Of a stretch of 64,000 nucleotides of DNA, positions 36,767 through 45,321 are shown in pieces. The notes beneath the pieces are model-generated. The model worked only from the letters and a program-made list of their open reading frames with translations. It was not told the DNA's origin and searched no databases. Position 1 is the first letter of the stretch, and each line of letters begins with the position of its first letter. Made by a program: the position numbers and the translations under genes. The DNA comes from a virus. Where the stretch lies: positions 64,001-128,000 of the IMG/VR virus record IMGVR_UViG_3300003690_003472, one strand, 5' to 3'.

Positions 36767-39157
36767 ATGGCAATAGGATCTTCCAAACCAGTTTTATACT
36801 ATACATTTGAAAATGGTACTGGCACTGAAGTCGTTGACCGGTCTAATGCTGGCAATGATCTAGATGGTGGTCGCACAGTAGATGAATGGGATGGCACAAA
36901 CAAAATACGTGGGTCATATGCTTATCTTGCGGATAGCAATGCACAAGCAGTTGGAGATGGCAAGCAAACCCCGACTTCACTTTCTATTGGTGATCTAACT
37001 TCATTTAATTTTATACACCAAACACGCATTTATACTATAAGTATGTGGGTGCGAATGGTAGCGCGCGCAGGAACTGGGGATACTCTTTGCGGCAACATTG
37101 CTGGTACTGAGAAAGGTATATTTTTTGGCTATAATAGCAGCAATCAGTTTTCAATATATGGTGGCGATGGTTCATCACAAGTAAATGTGCTTATTTCTGG
37201 GCATACCTTTACTCTTGATCAGTGGTATCATGTTCTTTTAGTATCTAAAGGAAATAGCACTGACGATCTTGCTGTGTACGTGGATGGTTCTCAAGTGGGG
37301 AGCGACGAAGACGGCCATGCGACTGCCACCGGAAATGCAACAAACACTTTTGCTATTGGAGATGCCGCTTATGCCAATGGATTACACAGCTCTGGGTTCC
37401 CTTTGTACGCTTGGCGAGGCCAGATTGATGAAGTTAGCATATGGGATGCTGATTTCGATGCAAATGAAATAGCAAGCATTTATAATGGTGGCGCACCATA
37501 CGATTTAAGCGACGGACTTAAAGTTAACTATCTTCCTGCTGATATTAAAAGGATAGGCCCCACTGAAGCTCTATTTGTTAAAAAACTTTTTACCACCCTT
37601 GCAGACGACATAAAAAAAGTCACCGGTGGTCCACCATATTCCCCGCCACCACTACCGCCATGGTCTAATGATTATTCCGTTTTGTTGGATGGTGTCAACG
37701 AGTATTTTGAGATAGATGATCACGCCGATTTCGATTTCGATTTCGATGATGCATTTAGTTTATCCGCCTGGATGAAAACTGATAATGCCTCTGACGCTAT
37801 GGGAGTCTTTGGCAAATTTGGCGCCGGTCCCACATATACCGGATATGGCATGCAGATAAAGAGCATATCTGGGAGAACTATCGAGCCTTATTTTTACCTA
37901 GTTAATAGCTGGGGCAGCGTGTATACGCTGTGTAGAGCCAACGTTGATATGACTGCTGCAGAGTGGCATCATGTTGTGTGTACAACCAACGGAAATAGCC
38001 GAGTATCAGGCATGAACATTTATATAGATGGCGTTGCCGCAACCGTTGTCGAGTATCTTGCAGATAACTTAGCCACCTCAATGACCAACAATGAGCCGCT
38101 TTGGTTAGGTACCGATGATGACGGCGCGGAGTTTGATGGAAGGTTGGACGAAATGTCGGTTTGGGATAAAGAACTAACAAGCGCCGAAGTTACTGAGATA
38201 TATAACAGCGGATCGGCAACCGATTTATCAGAACATTCTGCAGAAAGTAATTTGGTTAGTTGGTGGACTATGGGCGATGACTCAAGAGACAGCACAAACT
38301 CAAGCGATCCAGATGCATATATTTACGATCAAAAAGGAGCCCACAATGCAGCACCCGAAAACACGGAAACCTCAGATACCATTAAGGATGTACCGGGTCA
38401 CGTATGGCCTGTTGTATATTATAATATGGAGACTGGAACTGGTACAAGTTTAGTTGATCGATCCGCTGGGCCTAGTGATATAAACGGTACCCTTACTGAC
38501 TCTGGAATGTGGAGCACTAGCTCACCCGCAGCCGGTACTTATTCGTTAGAGTTTGATGCGCTTTCTGATTATGTAACAATTGCACTACCTGCGGACGGTA
38601 CTGTTGGCGCGCCAGCTACAAAAGGCGATTTTGAATATAATAGATCCTTTTCATTTTCTTTATGGTGCAAAATTGCCAGTTTCAGTGGCTGGAAAATTCT
38701 TCTTGCTAACGATAGCGGAGCGAGCGCGCCGAGCTATAGAGGCATCACTCTTGCTGTACAAAACAATTATGTATACTGGATGCTACAGAATTTATGGAAT
38801 ACTGGCACTCATCAAATTGCTCGTTATGGAAATACCCAAATCGGTACTGGTGCTTGGGTTCATGTTATAGTTACATATAACGGCAATGGCGCCAATGATG
38901 GATTAAAAATCTATATCAACGGCTCCGAGGAAAGTAGTTACGGCAATTATCCACCCGGCGCCGGTACCCTGATCGATACTATAGTACCATCTACTGATTT
39001 TAGAATTGCCACCGGCTTTGGCGTCGGTTCTTACGGGTTTGTAAATGGGTACATAGATGAAGTGTCAATGTGGAATATTGAACTTACCTCTGCTCAAGTA
39101 ACAGAACTTTATAATAGTGGCACGCCATTGGACGTTACAAACGGAATAGAGAACTAA
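36767..39157 (+). CDS. Protein with three LamG/ConA-like domains
   Basis: Three S.W..WYHV..V.IYvdG..G.IDEvS.W..l...ei..lYN units. SD AAGGAGG. Confidence 0.85.
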   Translation: MAIGSSKPVLYYTFENGTGTEVVDRSNAGNDLDGGRTVDEWDGTNKIRGSYAYLADSNAQAVGDGKQTPTSLSIGDLTSFNFIHQTRIYTISMWVRMVARAGTGDTLCGNIAGTEKGIFFGYNSSNQFSIYGGDGSSQVNVLISGHTFTLDQWYHVLLVSKGNSTDDLAVYVDGSQVGSDEDGHATATGNATNTFAIGDAAYANGLHSSGFPLYAWRGQIDEVSIWDADFDANEIASIYNGGAPYDLSDGLKVNYLPADIKRIGPTEALFVKKLFTTLADDIKKVTGGPPYSPPPLPPWSNDYSVLLDGVNEYFEIDDHADFDFDFDDAFSLSAWMKTDNASDAMGVFGKFGAGPTYTGYGMQIKSISGRTIEPYFYLVNSWGSVYTLCRANVDMTAAEWHHVVCTTNGNSRVSGMNIYIDGVAATVVEYLADNLATSMTNNEPLWLGTDDDGAEFDGRLDEMSVWDKELTSAEVTEIYNSGSATDLSEHSAESNLVSWWTMGDDSRDSTNSSDPDAYIYDQKGAHNAAPENTETSDTIKDVPGHVWPVVYYNMETGTGTSLVDRSAGPSDINGTLTDSGMWSTSSPAAGTYSLEFDALSDYVTIALPADGTVGAPATKGDFEYNRSFSFSLWCKIASFSGWKILLANDSGASAPSYRGITLAVQNNYVYWMLQNLWNTGTHQIARYGNTQIGTGAWVHVIVTYNGNGANDGLKIYINGSEESSYGNYPPGAGTLIDTIVPSTDFRIATGFGVGSYGFVNGYIDEVSMWNIELTSAQVTELYNSGTPLDVTNGIEN

Positions 39158-39224
39158 AATATAAAATCTTATTACTTTTATCAGTTTAGCTTAAACAATA
39201 AAAGGTCATTTTAATGTTTATCTT

Positions 39225-39232
39225 ACTAATTA
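39225..39232 (+). promoter_or_regulatory. Putative late promoter variant ACTAATTA
   Basis: Intergenic, upstream of SD AAGGAG and the scaffold ATG at 39271. Confidence 0.5.
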
Positions 39233-39270
39233 TTCTTGAAAAACTGTTTTAAGGACTAAAGGAGCAGAAT

Positions 39271-40338
39271 ATGTCTAACATGTTGGAACAAGCTATTATT
39301 GATGCAGAGGATCTCAAAGAAGCTGCCAAAAAAAGCGCTGAAGAAAAAATTGTTGAACATTTTTCTAGAGATATTAAAGATGCAATCAATACAATTTTAG
39401 AACAAGAGGAGTTGACCGCAGTAGATCCCACACTTGGACTGGTCGAAGATCCTATGCTCGCACCCCCTGCGCCTGCACCAACTATTGATATAGAAGCCGA
39501 AGGTGGAATTCAAATAGGTGACTCTGTTGTTGAACAAGCACCATATGCAGCCACCACTTCAAATGATGAATTTGTAAGCATCGACTTAGATAAATTAGAA
39601 GAATCTATTGCTAACGCTTTGACTGAAGAGGAATTAGATGAAGATCTTGAACTGGAAGAAGTATATGAGCTAGATGAAGATCTTGAGAGTAATGAGCCCT
39701 CCGAGGTATGCCCATCCGGCATGGATCAGGAAACAGCAGATAAACACGGGTGTGAAAAGCTTGACGAAAATAGTGACTCTTTAGAAGAAATGATTCGAAG
39801 CGCGTTAGCTGAAGAATTTTTAGCCGAAGATGAAGAAAAAGAAACAAAAGAAACAAAAGAAGCAGAAGAAGCAGAAAAAGAAACAAAAGAAGAAACTCAA
39901 AATGAATCTATTGTTCATGAAAGAAACTTATTAAAACTTATGTACAGTGAACAAGTTGATGTCGCTGATGAGTTAACAGAAAAAAATAAAAAATACCGAA
40001 CATTTATTCAGCAATTGAAAGAAGAGGTTCAAAAAGTTAATCTTTCAAATGCTAAATTATTATATCAAAATCGTGTTTTAAAGAGTGTCTCGTTGAATGA
40101 GCGACAAAAAGATAGAATTGTCGAAACTATTACAAATGCGGATACTGTTGAAGAAGCAAAAATTATATATGAAACACTTCAAAGTGCAGTGGGTACTCGT
40201 GTACAATCACACCAGCCAAAATCACTGAACGAAGTCGTGACAAAAAGCTCTTCAGCTTTTGTTCCTCGTAAAGAGGATAAAAGGGAAGACCCCTTTATGG
40301 TAAGGATGAAAACTCTTGCCGGAATAACTGATAAATAA
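39271..40338 (+). CDS. Prohead core/scaffolding protein (gp22-like)
   Basis: Very acidic coiled-coil protein directly upstream of the MCP, with many (L/I)-x-E sites and a C-terminus RMKTLAGI. Confidence 0.75.
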   Translation: MSNMLEQAIIDAEDLKEAAKKSAEEKIVEHFSRDIKDAINTILEQEELTAVDPTLGLVEDPMLAPPAPAPTIDIEAEGGIQIGDSVVEQAPYAATTSNDEFVSIDLDKLEESIANALTEEELDEDLELEEVYELDEDLESNEPSEVCPSGMDQETADKHGCEKLDENSDSLEEMIRSALAEEFLAEDEEKETKETKEAEEAEKETKEETQNESIVHERNLLKLMYSEQVDVADELTEKNKKYRTFIQQLKEEVQKVNLSNAKLLYQNRVLKSVSLNERQKDRIVETITNADTVEEAKIIYETLQSAVGTRVQSHQPKSLNEVVTKSSSAFVPRKEDKREDPFMVRMKTLAGITDK

Positions 40339-40353
40339 AGGAGGAAAGTTAAA

Positions 40354-42159
40354 ATGTCAGTACTTCAAAAATTAACAGAAGGGATTGTTAATCGCGATCT
40401 CAAGAAAGAAGGCGCGGCACTACTTAACAAGTGGGGCAAAACGGGCCTTTTAGAGGGTTTGGGAGGAGAGCAACACAAGCAAAATATGGCTTGCTTGCTT
40501 GAAAATCAAGCCAAAGAGCTTCTTCGCGAAGCTTCAGCCATGTCTCAAGGTGACGTGGAAGGGTTTGCCGCTGTTGCATTCCCAATTGTCCGTCGTGTAT
40601 TCGGTGGACTTATTGCTAACGATCTTGTTAGTGTTCAGCCAATGAGTCTCCCTTCGGGACTCATTTTCTTTATGGACTTTCAGTTCAATGGTGAACGTTT
40701 AGCAGAAGTTGCTAATGCATCATTGTACGGAGGCGGCGTAGTTGGTCAACAGCTTACTGGTGGTGTCGACTTAACTGGTGCAAATCTAGAAAAGAGTTTT
40801 TATAGCTTAAATAATGGTTATTCATCTCCAACTGGTTCTGAAGTTGCATCCGTTATCTCGGTTTGCAGCGGCACTTATCCCCCGGAAAACGTGTGGACAG
40901 GCACCGGCGGTGCTGCTGACCTCTTCGATACTAATTTAATCAATGAACTTCTTGAATTTGATACTGCATTTGTTTCAGGTACGTCCACTGTTGCTATTGG
41001 AACCTTAAACATTACAGGTACCGTCTCGGGGCTTAGCTCCTTGAACAGAGACGATTTAATTGCTGTTGTTGTTTCTGCATCTACTGGTGGACCTTCATCA
41101 TATAATGCTAATTCACTTCAAATTCGTCGTTTGACTAAATATTCTGGTTCAGATGGTTCAGGTAATTATCGAAATGATCGAGCTAGCAACACACTGTATG
41201 TTGTCGGCGCATCATTAGCTGGTGCGACTACTGCAAACGATCTCAGACTGGCTATGCTTCATGGTAGCAATAATACCTATTCATTCCCACAGGCTGATAG
41301 TTTTGCTGGATCTGCCGCGGCAGGTAATGCAAATGCACTTGGTTCTGTTGTCGGTACAAGTCCTTGGGGCTTGGAAAATGACGCAGGAATTCCTGAAATT
41401 GATCTCAAGGTAGATTCAGTGTCCGTCACTGCAGTTACCAAAAAGCTCAAAGCAAAATGGACTCCTGAACTTGGTCAGGATCTGAATGCTTATCATAATT
41501 TGGATGCCGAGGTTGAACTTACATCAATTCTTTCGGAGCAGATTGCTCTGGAGATTGATCGAGAGATCATGACAGACCTCATTAAAGGCGCCACGGCTGA
41601 TACTTTGTATTGGGCACGTTCCCCTGGTCTCTTCGTAAACCGTACAACCGGTGCCGAAGTAGGGGCTAGTGCTAAAGCTCCCGACTTTACGGGTACTGTT
41701 TCTGAGTGGTATGAAACACTTATTGAAACAGTTAATGATGTTTCTGCACAGATTCATCGTAAGACGCTTCGAGGTGGTGCAAACTTCCTTGTCACGTCTC
41801 CTGAAGTTGCTAATATCCTTGAGTTCACGGCTGGTTTCCGCGCAAGCGTTACTGCCGATGATAACAAGGGTGTCGCAGGCGCATCAAAGGTTGGCGCTCT
41901 TAGTAAGAAATTCGATATATATGTCGATCCTTACTTCCCGCGCAATCTTATACTTGTTGGTCGTAAGGGCAATAGCTTCCTTGAAAGTGGCTATGTATAT
42001 GCCCCTTATGTGCCGCTACAAGTTACGCCTACCATTTTTGGTACAGAAGATTTTGTACCTCGTAAGGGTGTCATGACCCGTTACGCTAAGAAAATGGTCC
42101 GTCCCGATATGTACGGTTTAGTTATCGTTCGAGGACTTCTTGGCGAAAGTGGTACTTGA
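40354..42159 (+). CDS. Major capsid protein (T4 gp23-like) with a large insertion
   Basis: PIVRRVF..LIANDLVSVQPMSLPSGLIFF, KKLKAKWTPELGQDLNAYHNLDAEVELTSILSEQIALEIDREI, YAPYVPL and GVMTRYA. SD TAAGGAGG. Confidence 0.96.
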   Translation: MSVLQKLTEGIVNRDLKKEGAALLNKWGKTGLLEGLGGEQHKQNMACLLENQAKELLREASAMSQGDVEGFAAVAFPIVRRVFGGLIANDLVSVQPMSLPSGLIFFMDFQFNGERLAEVANASLYGGGVVGQQLTGGVDLTGANLEKSFYSLNNGYSSPTGSEVASVISVCSGTYPPENVWTGTGGAADLFDTNLINELLEFDTAFVSGTSTVAIGTLNITGTVSGLSSLNRDDLIAVVVSASTGGPSSYNANSLQIRRLTKYSGSDGSGNYRNDRASNTLYVVGASLAGATTANDLRLAMLHGSNNTYSFPQADSFAGSAAAGNANALGSVVGTSPWGLENDAGIPEIDLKVDSVSVTAVTKKLKAKWTPELGQDLNAYHNLDAEVELTSILSEQIALEIDREIMTDLIKGATADTLYWARSPGLFVNRTTGAEVGASAKAPDFTGTVSEWYETLIETVNDVSAQIHRKTLRGGANFLVTSPEVANILEFTAGFRASVTADDNKGVAGASKVGALSKKFDIYVDPYFPRNLILVGRKGNSFLESGYVYAPYVPLQVTPTIFGTEDFVPRKGVMTRYAKKMVRPDMYGLVIVRGLLGESGT

Positions 42160-42186
42160 TGAGATAGATTGAGTTTCAATCTAAGT

Positions 42187-42220
42187 AAGCCCCCACTCGT
42201 AAAAAGGTGGGGGCTTTTTT
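42187..42220 (+). terminator. Rho-independent terminator after the MCP
   Basis: AAGCCCCCAC-10 nt loop-GTGGGGGCTT followed by a T run. Confidence 0.9.
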
Positions 42221-42285
42221 ACTTTAAAACTGCATATACGTTAAAATTTTGCGGGACCAATTTTTTGAGATTTTAAATTCTAGAA

Positions 42286-42293
42286 ACTATTTA
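42286..42293 (+). promoter_or_regulatory. Putative late promoter motif ACTATTTA
   Basis: Downstream of the MCP terminator, followed by AAGGAGGT and ATG 42312. Confidence 0.62.
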
Positions 42294-42311
42294 ATTAAAA
42301 GGAGGTTTATC

Positions 42312-42479
42312 ATGGGAAAAAAATGGAAAAAACTTTGGTTAATAAAAAAGAATGCAGCCAAACAAGCAGTAGTTGAAGAGGACACAACCAAGCCAACAAC
42401 TGCATCGAAACCTGAAAAAACACAAGTTAAAACTAAAAAACAGTGGTTTACAAGCAGCACGAAGAAATCTAATAAATAA
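42312..42479 (+). CDS. Small Lys-rich protein (55 aa)
   Basis: Perfect SD AAGGAGGT. Begins MGKKWKKLWLIKK. Start corrected from 42249. Confidence 0.65.
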   Translation: MGKKWKKLWLIKKNAAKQAVVEEDTTKPTTASKPEKTQVKTKKQWFTSSTKKSNK

Positions 42480-42504
42480 CATTTATCCTTTTATATCACT
42501 CATA

Positions 42505-42512
42505 ACTATTTA
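42505..42512 (+). promoter_or_regulatory. Putative late promoter motif ACTATTTA
   Basis: Followed by GAGGAGG and ATG 42534. Confidence 0.62.
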
Positions 42513-42533
42513 TAGGTGAGGAGGCTTAAATGA

Positions 42534-43832
42534 ATGGCTGTACCCACTTTATCACCAGTATCACAAGTCAGTGCAGTTACTCTTCCTTCCGGCAGTGTTC
42601 CCAGCGCCGTTGAAGATAGTACGAGTCTTCCACTTGGACTTTATTCAAACACATCATCTGACAGATTTTCTCAATATTTTTGTTCTGGAGCCGCAGATCA
42701 AGTTGCTTATACTTATAAAAAATTAGGGGGTGATGTATTAGACATTGAACTAACTAACGGGAGCATATTTGCAGCTTATGAAGAGTCCGTATTAGAATAT
42801 TCTTATATCCTAAACATTCATCAAGCCAAAAATGCACTTTCTGACGTTTTGGGAGCCACCACTGGTACATTTGATCACGAAGGACAACTTCAAAGCTCTG
42901 ATTCATTAGCGGGTAAAAATATAAATCTTAAATATCCTCGTTTTGAGTTTTCATATGCACGCCGGGTAGGATTTGGTGTTTCAACCGAAATTGGTTTCGG
43001 AGGAGAGGTAACAATATATTCTGCATCTTTCACTGGATCCGCTGGCCGACAAGATTTTGACTTACAACAAATTCTTTCTTCTTCTGCTAATTCCGATAGT
43101 AGTTTATCATATTATGGAAAAATAGATGGCAAAAGAATTAATATAACTAAAGTCTATTACAAAACCCCTTCTTCTATGTGGAGATTTTATGGATATTATG
43201 GAGGTTTAAATACGGTTGGTAATTTAGCCAGCTACGGCCAGTGGGCCGACGATACAACGTGGGAGTTAATACCAGCTTGGCAAAATAAAGCACAAGCCAT
43301 GGCGTTTGAAGATGCAATATATACTAGGAATTCTCATTATTCATATGAAATTAAAAATAATCGAATAAGAATATATCCAGATATGACAACATCGGGCCCA
43401 ACTCAATATTGGATAGATTTTTTCGTAGATCCAGATCCATGGGATGCTGGAGACACAGACGGTAGAGGCGGCGGCGCAGGTGTAGAAGGTGTTAATAATT
43501 TAAACACAATTCCTTTTGAAAATCTTCCATATGATAACATTAATGCCATTGGAAAACAATGGATTCGAAGGTTTGCACTTGCTTTATCTAAAGAAACACT
43601 TGGCAATATTCGTAGTAAGTTTACTACTATTCCAATTCCAGGAGAATCTGTTACTCTAAATGGTCCTGCACTTTTATCGCAAGCACAAGCAGAACAAGAA
43701 AAACTTAAAGAAAACCTTAAAACAATATTGGACGAATTAACTTATTCAAAATTAATGATAGAAGATGCCACCATGATGGATGCTGTTAATAATATTCAAA
43801 AAAGAATCCCGCTAAAGGTCTTCGTGGGGTAA
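42534..43832 (+). CDS. Neck/head-tail adaptor protein (gp13-like)
   Basis: LGGDVLDIELT, WIRRFALALSKETLGNIRSKFTTIPIPGESVTLNGPALL, and its position after the MCP. Confidence 0.8.
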   Translation: MAVPTLSPVSQVSAVTLPSGSVPSAVEDSTSLPLGLYSNTSSDRFSQYFCSGAADQVAYTYKKLGGDVLDIELTNGSIFAAYEESVLEYSYILNIHQAKNALSDVLGATTGTFDHEGQLQSSDSLAGKNINLKYPRFEFSYARRVGFGVSTEIGFGGEVTIYSASFTGSAGRQDFDLQQILSSSANSDSSLSYYGKIDGKRINITKVYYKTPSSMWRFYGYYGGLNTVGNLASYGQWADDTTWELIPAWQNKAQAMAFEDAIYTRNSHYSYEIKNNRIRIYPDMTTSGPTQYWIDFFVDPDPWDAGDTDGRGGGAGVEGVNNLNTIPFENLPYDNINAIGKQWIRRFALALSKETLGNIRSKFTTIPIPGESVTLNGPALLSQAQAEQEKLKENLKTILDELTYSKLMIEDATMMDAVNNIQKRIPLKVFVG

Positions 43833-43837
43833 AATGA

Positions 43838-44350
43838 ATGGGTGATGCAACAGATAAAAATAAATGGACTCAACCAGCTTCTCCGCCTCCCCCTTTGTTT
43901 CTGGGAAAAAAAGAAAGAGATCTAGTAAAACAAGTTAATGATGAATTAATTGAGAGAGTTGTCGGCCAAGAGATAATTTATTATCCAATAAGCACAGAAC
44001 ATACAAATTTTCATCCTTTATATGGTGAAGCTATCAAAAAAAGTTTTTTAGCACCCATACGTGTACATGCTTTAATTACGTGGGAAGGATATACCACCAC
44101 GGTAACAAGTACTGGTATCGACAAAAGATTATCCATTATGGTGAAATTTCATAGAAGAAGACTCACAGAAGATCAAGATTTATATATTCGTGAGGGTGAT
44201 TTTATTTTGTATGGTCAAGATCATTTTGAAATATTAACTATTAACTATCCTAAACAAATATTTGGCCAAGGATGGGCAGGATGGGAACGTATTTTTGAAG
44301 CCGAAGCTAAATGTACAAAGGCAAGGGAGGGTACTTTCGATGGCAGCTGA
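43838..44350 (+). CDS. Head closure/neck protein (gp14-like)
   Basis: ELIERVVGQEIIYY, HPLYGEA and IREGDFILY, plus synteny. Confidence 0.7.
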   Translation: MGDATDKNKWTQPASPPPPLFLGKKERDLVKQVNDELIERVVGQEIIYYPISTEHTNFHPLYGEAIKKSFLAPIRVHALITWEGYTTTVTSTGIDKRLSIMVKFHRRRLTEDQDLYIREGDFILYGQDHFEILTINYPKQIFGQGWAGWERIFEAEAKCTKAREGTFDGS

Positions 44351-45245
44351 TATTGATTCTAAAACAATTGAAGAACAAAATGAACATTTACCAGAATCGT
44401 TGCTAAATCCCTCTGATTTAGAGACAATTGACTTTGCATTATTTAAACTTGTTGATGAAAAAATGAATATCAGAGCAAAAACTAACAAAGGGTGGAAAAA
44501 AGTACCCATCATTTGGGCTTCTCCGGAGAGATCATTTTTCTCAAAAGAAAAAAAGGAATTATTTGACATAGATGGAACATTAATTTATCCGATTATTAGT
44601 ATTGAGAGAGTGTCAATGACTAAAGATTTAGGAAGAAAAGGTAAATTTTTTGGAGCGCCCACTATTTTTACAGATTCACTCCGCGGCGGCAGAATTGAAG
44701 TAAAAAAGAGGATAGTAGGCGATAAAACAAACAATTTTGCTATAGCTCAAAATAGAAAAAAATTTAACAATGTAAGGCGCACACCTAGCAGGCAATCATA
44801 TTATCCATTAATTGAAAAGAAAAATAACAAAATTGTTATTGAAACTTTGAGCGTTCCAATGCCGGTATACGTAAGTATGAATTATACAGTTACATTAAAA
44901 TCAAATTATCAACAACACATGAATCAAATGTTGCAGCCTTTTATAACATTGGGAGGTCACATTAATTCATTTACAATTGAACACGAAGGTCACACCTATG
45001 AAACATTTTTAAAATCTGATTTAGGACAAAATAATAATATTGCTTCTTATGAGCAAGAAGAAAGAATATATCAAACACAAGTTTCTTTTGAAGTGCTCGG
45101 ATACGTAGTAGGAGAAGGAGATAGTCAAAATAGATCAAGAGTCACGCGTCGCGAAAACGCAGTCGAAGTTAAAATACCAAGAGAGCGTGTAATAATTGAA
45201 ACTGGGCAAGAATTTGACCCAAAAAGTGGTTTTTATAAAGATTGA
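44340..45245 (+). CDS. Tail terminator/completion protein (gp15-like)
   Basis: KVPIIWASPER, YPIISIER and PVYVSMNYTVTL. Start set at ATG 44340 from SD GGGAGG. Confidence 0.7.
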   Translation: MAADIDSKTIEEQNEHLPESLLNPSDLETIDFALFKLVDEKMNIRAKTNKGWKKVPIIWASPERSFFSKEKKELFDIDGTLIYPIISIERVSMTKDLGRKGKFFGAPTIFTDSLRGGRIEVKKRIVGDKTNNFAIAQNRKKFNNVRRTPSRQSYYPLIEKKNNKIVIETLSVPMPVYVSMNYTVTLKSNYQQHMNQMLQPFITLGGHINSFTIEHEGHTYETFLKSDLGQNNNIASYEQEERIYQTQVSFEVLGYVVGEGDSQNRSRVTRRENAVEVKIPRERVIIETGQEFDPKSGFYKD

Positions 45246-45276
45246 AAATCTAAAAAGGTTTTTGCCATGGTTCACT

Positions 45277-45284
45277 ACTATTTA
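45277..45284 (+). promoter_or_regulatory. Putative late promoter motif ACTATTTA
   Basis: Upstream of SD AAGGAG and the sheath ATG at 45322. Confidence 0.6.
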
Positions 45285-45321
45285 TTACAGAAATAGAACC
45301 GCCTTTAAAGGAGAAACATAG

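Noticed and set aside
30081-39900. Short tandem repeats (30-bp portal repeat, 9-bp AAAGAAACA-type repeats at about 39838-39897) as a CRISPR array
   Set aside because: They are in-frame, have no spacers, encode low-complexity peptide and have no cas genes nearby.
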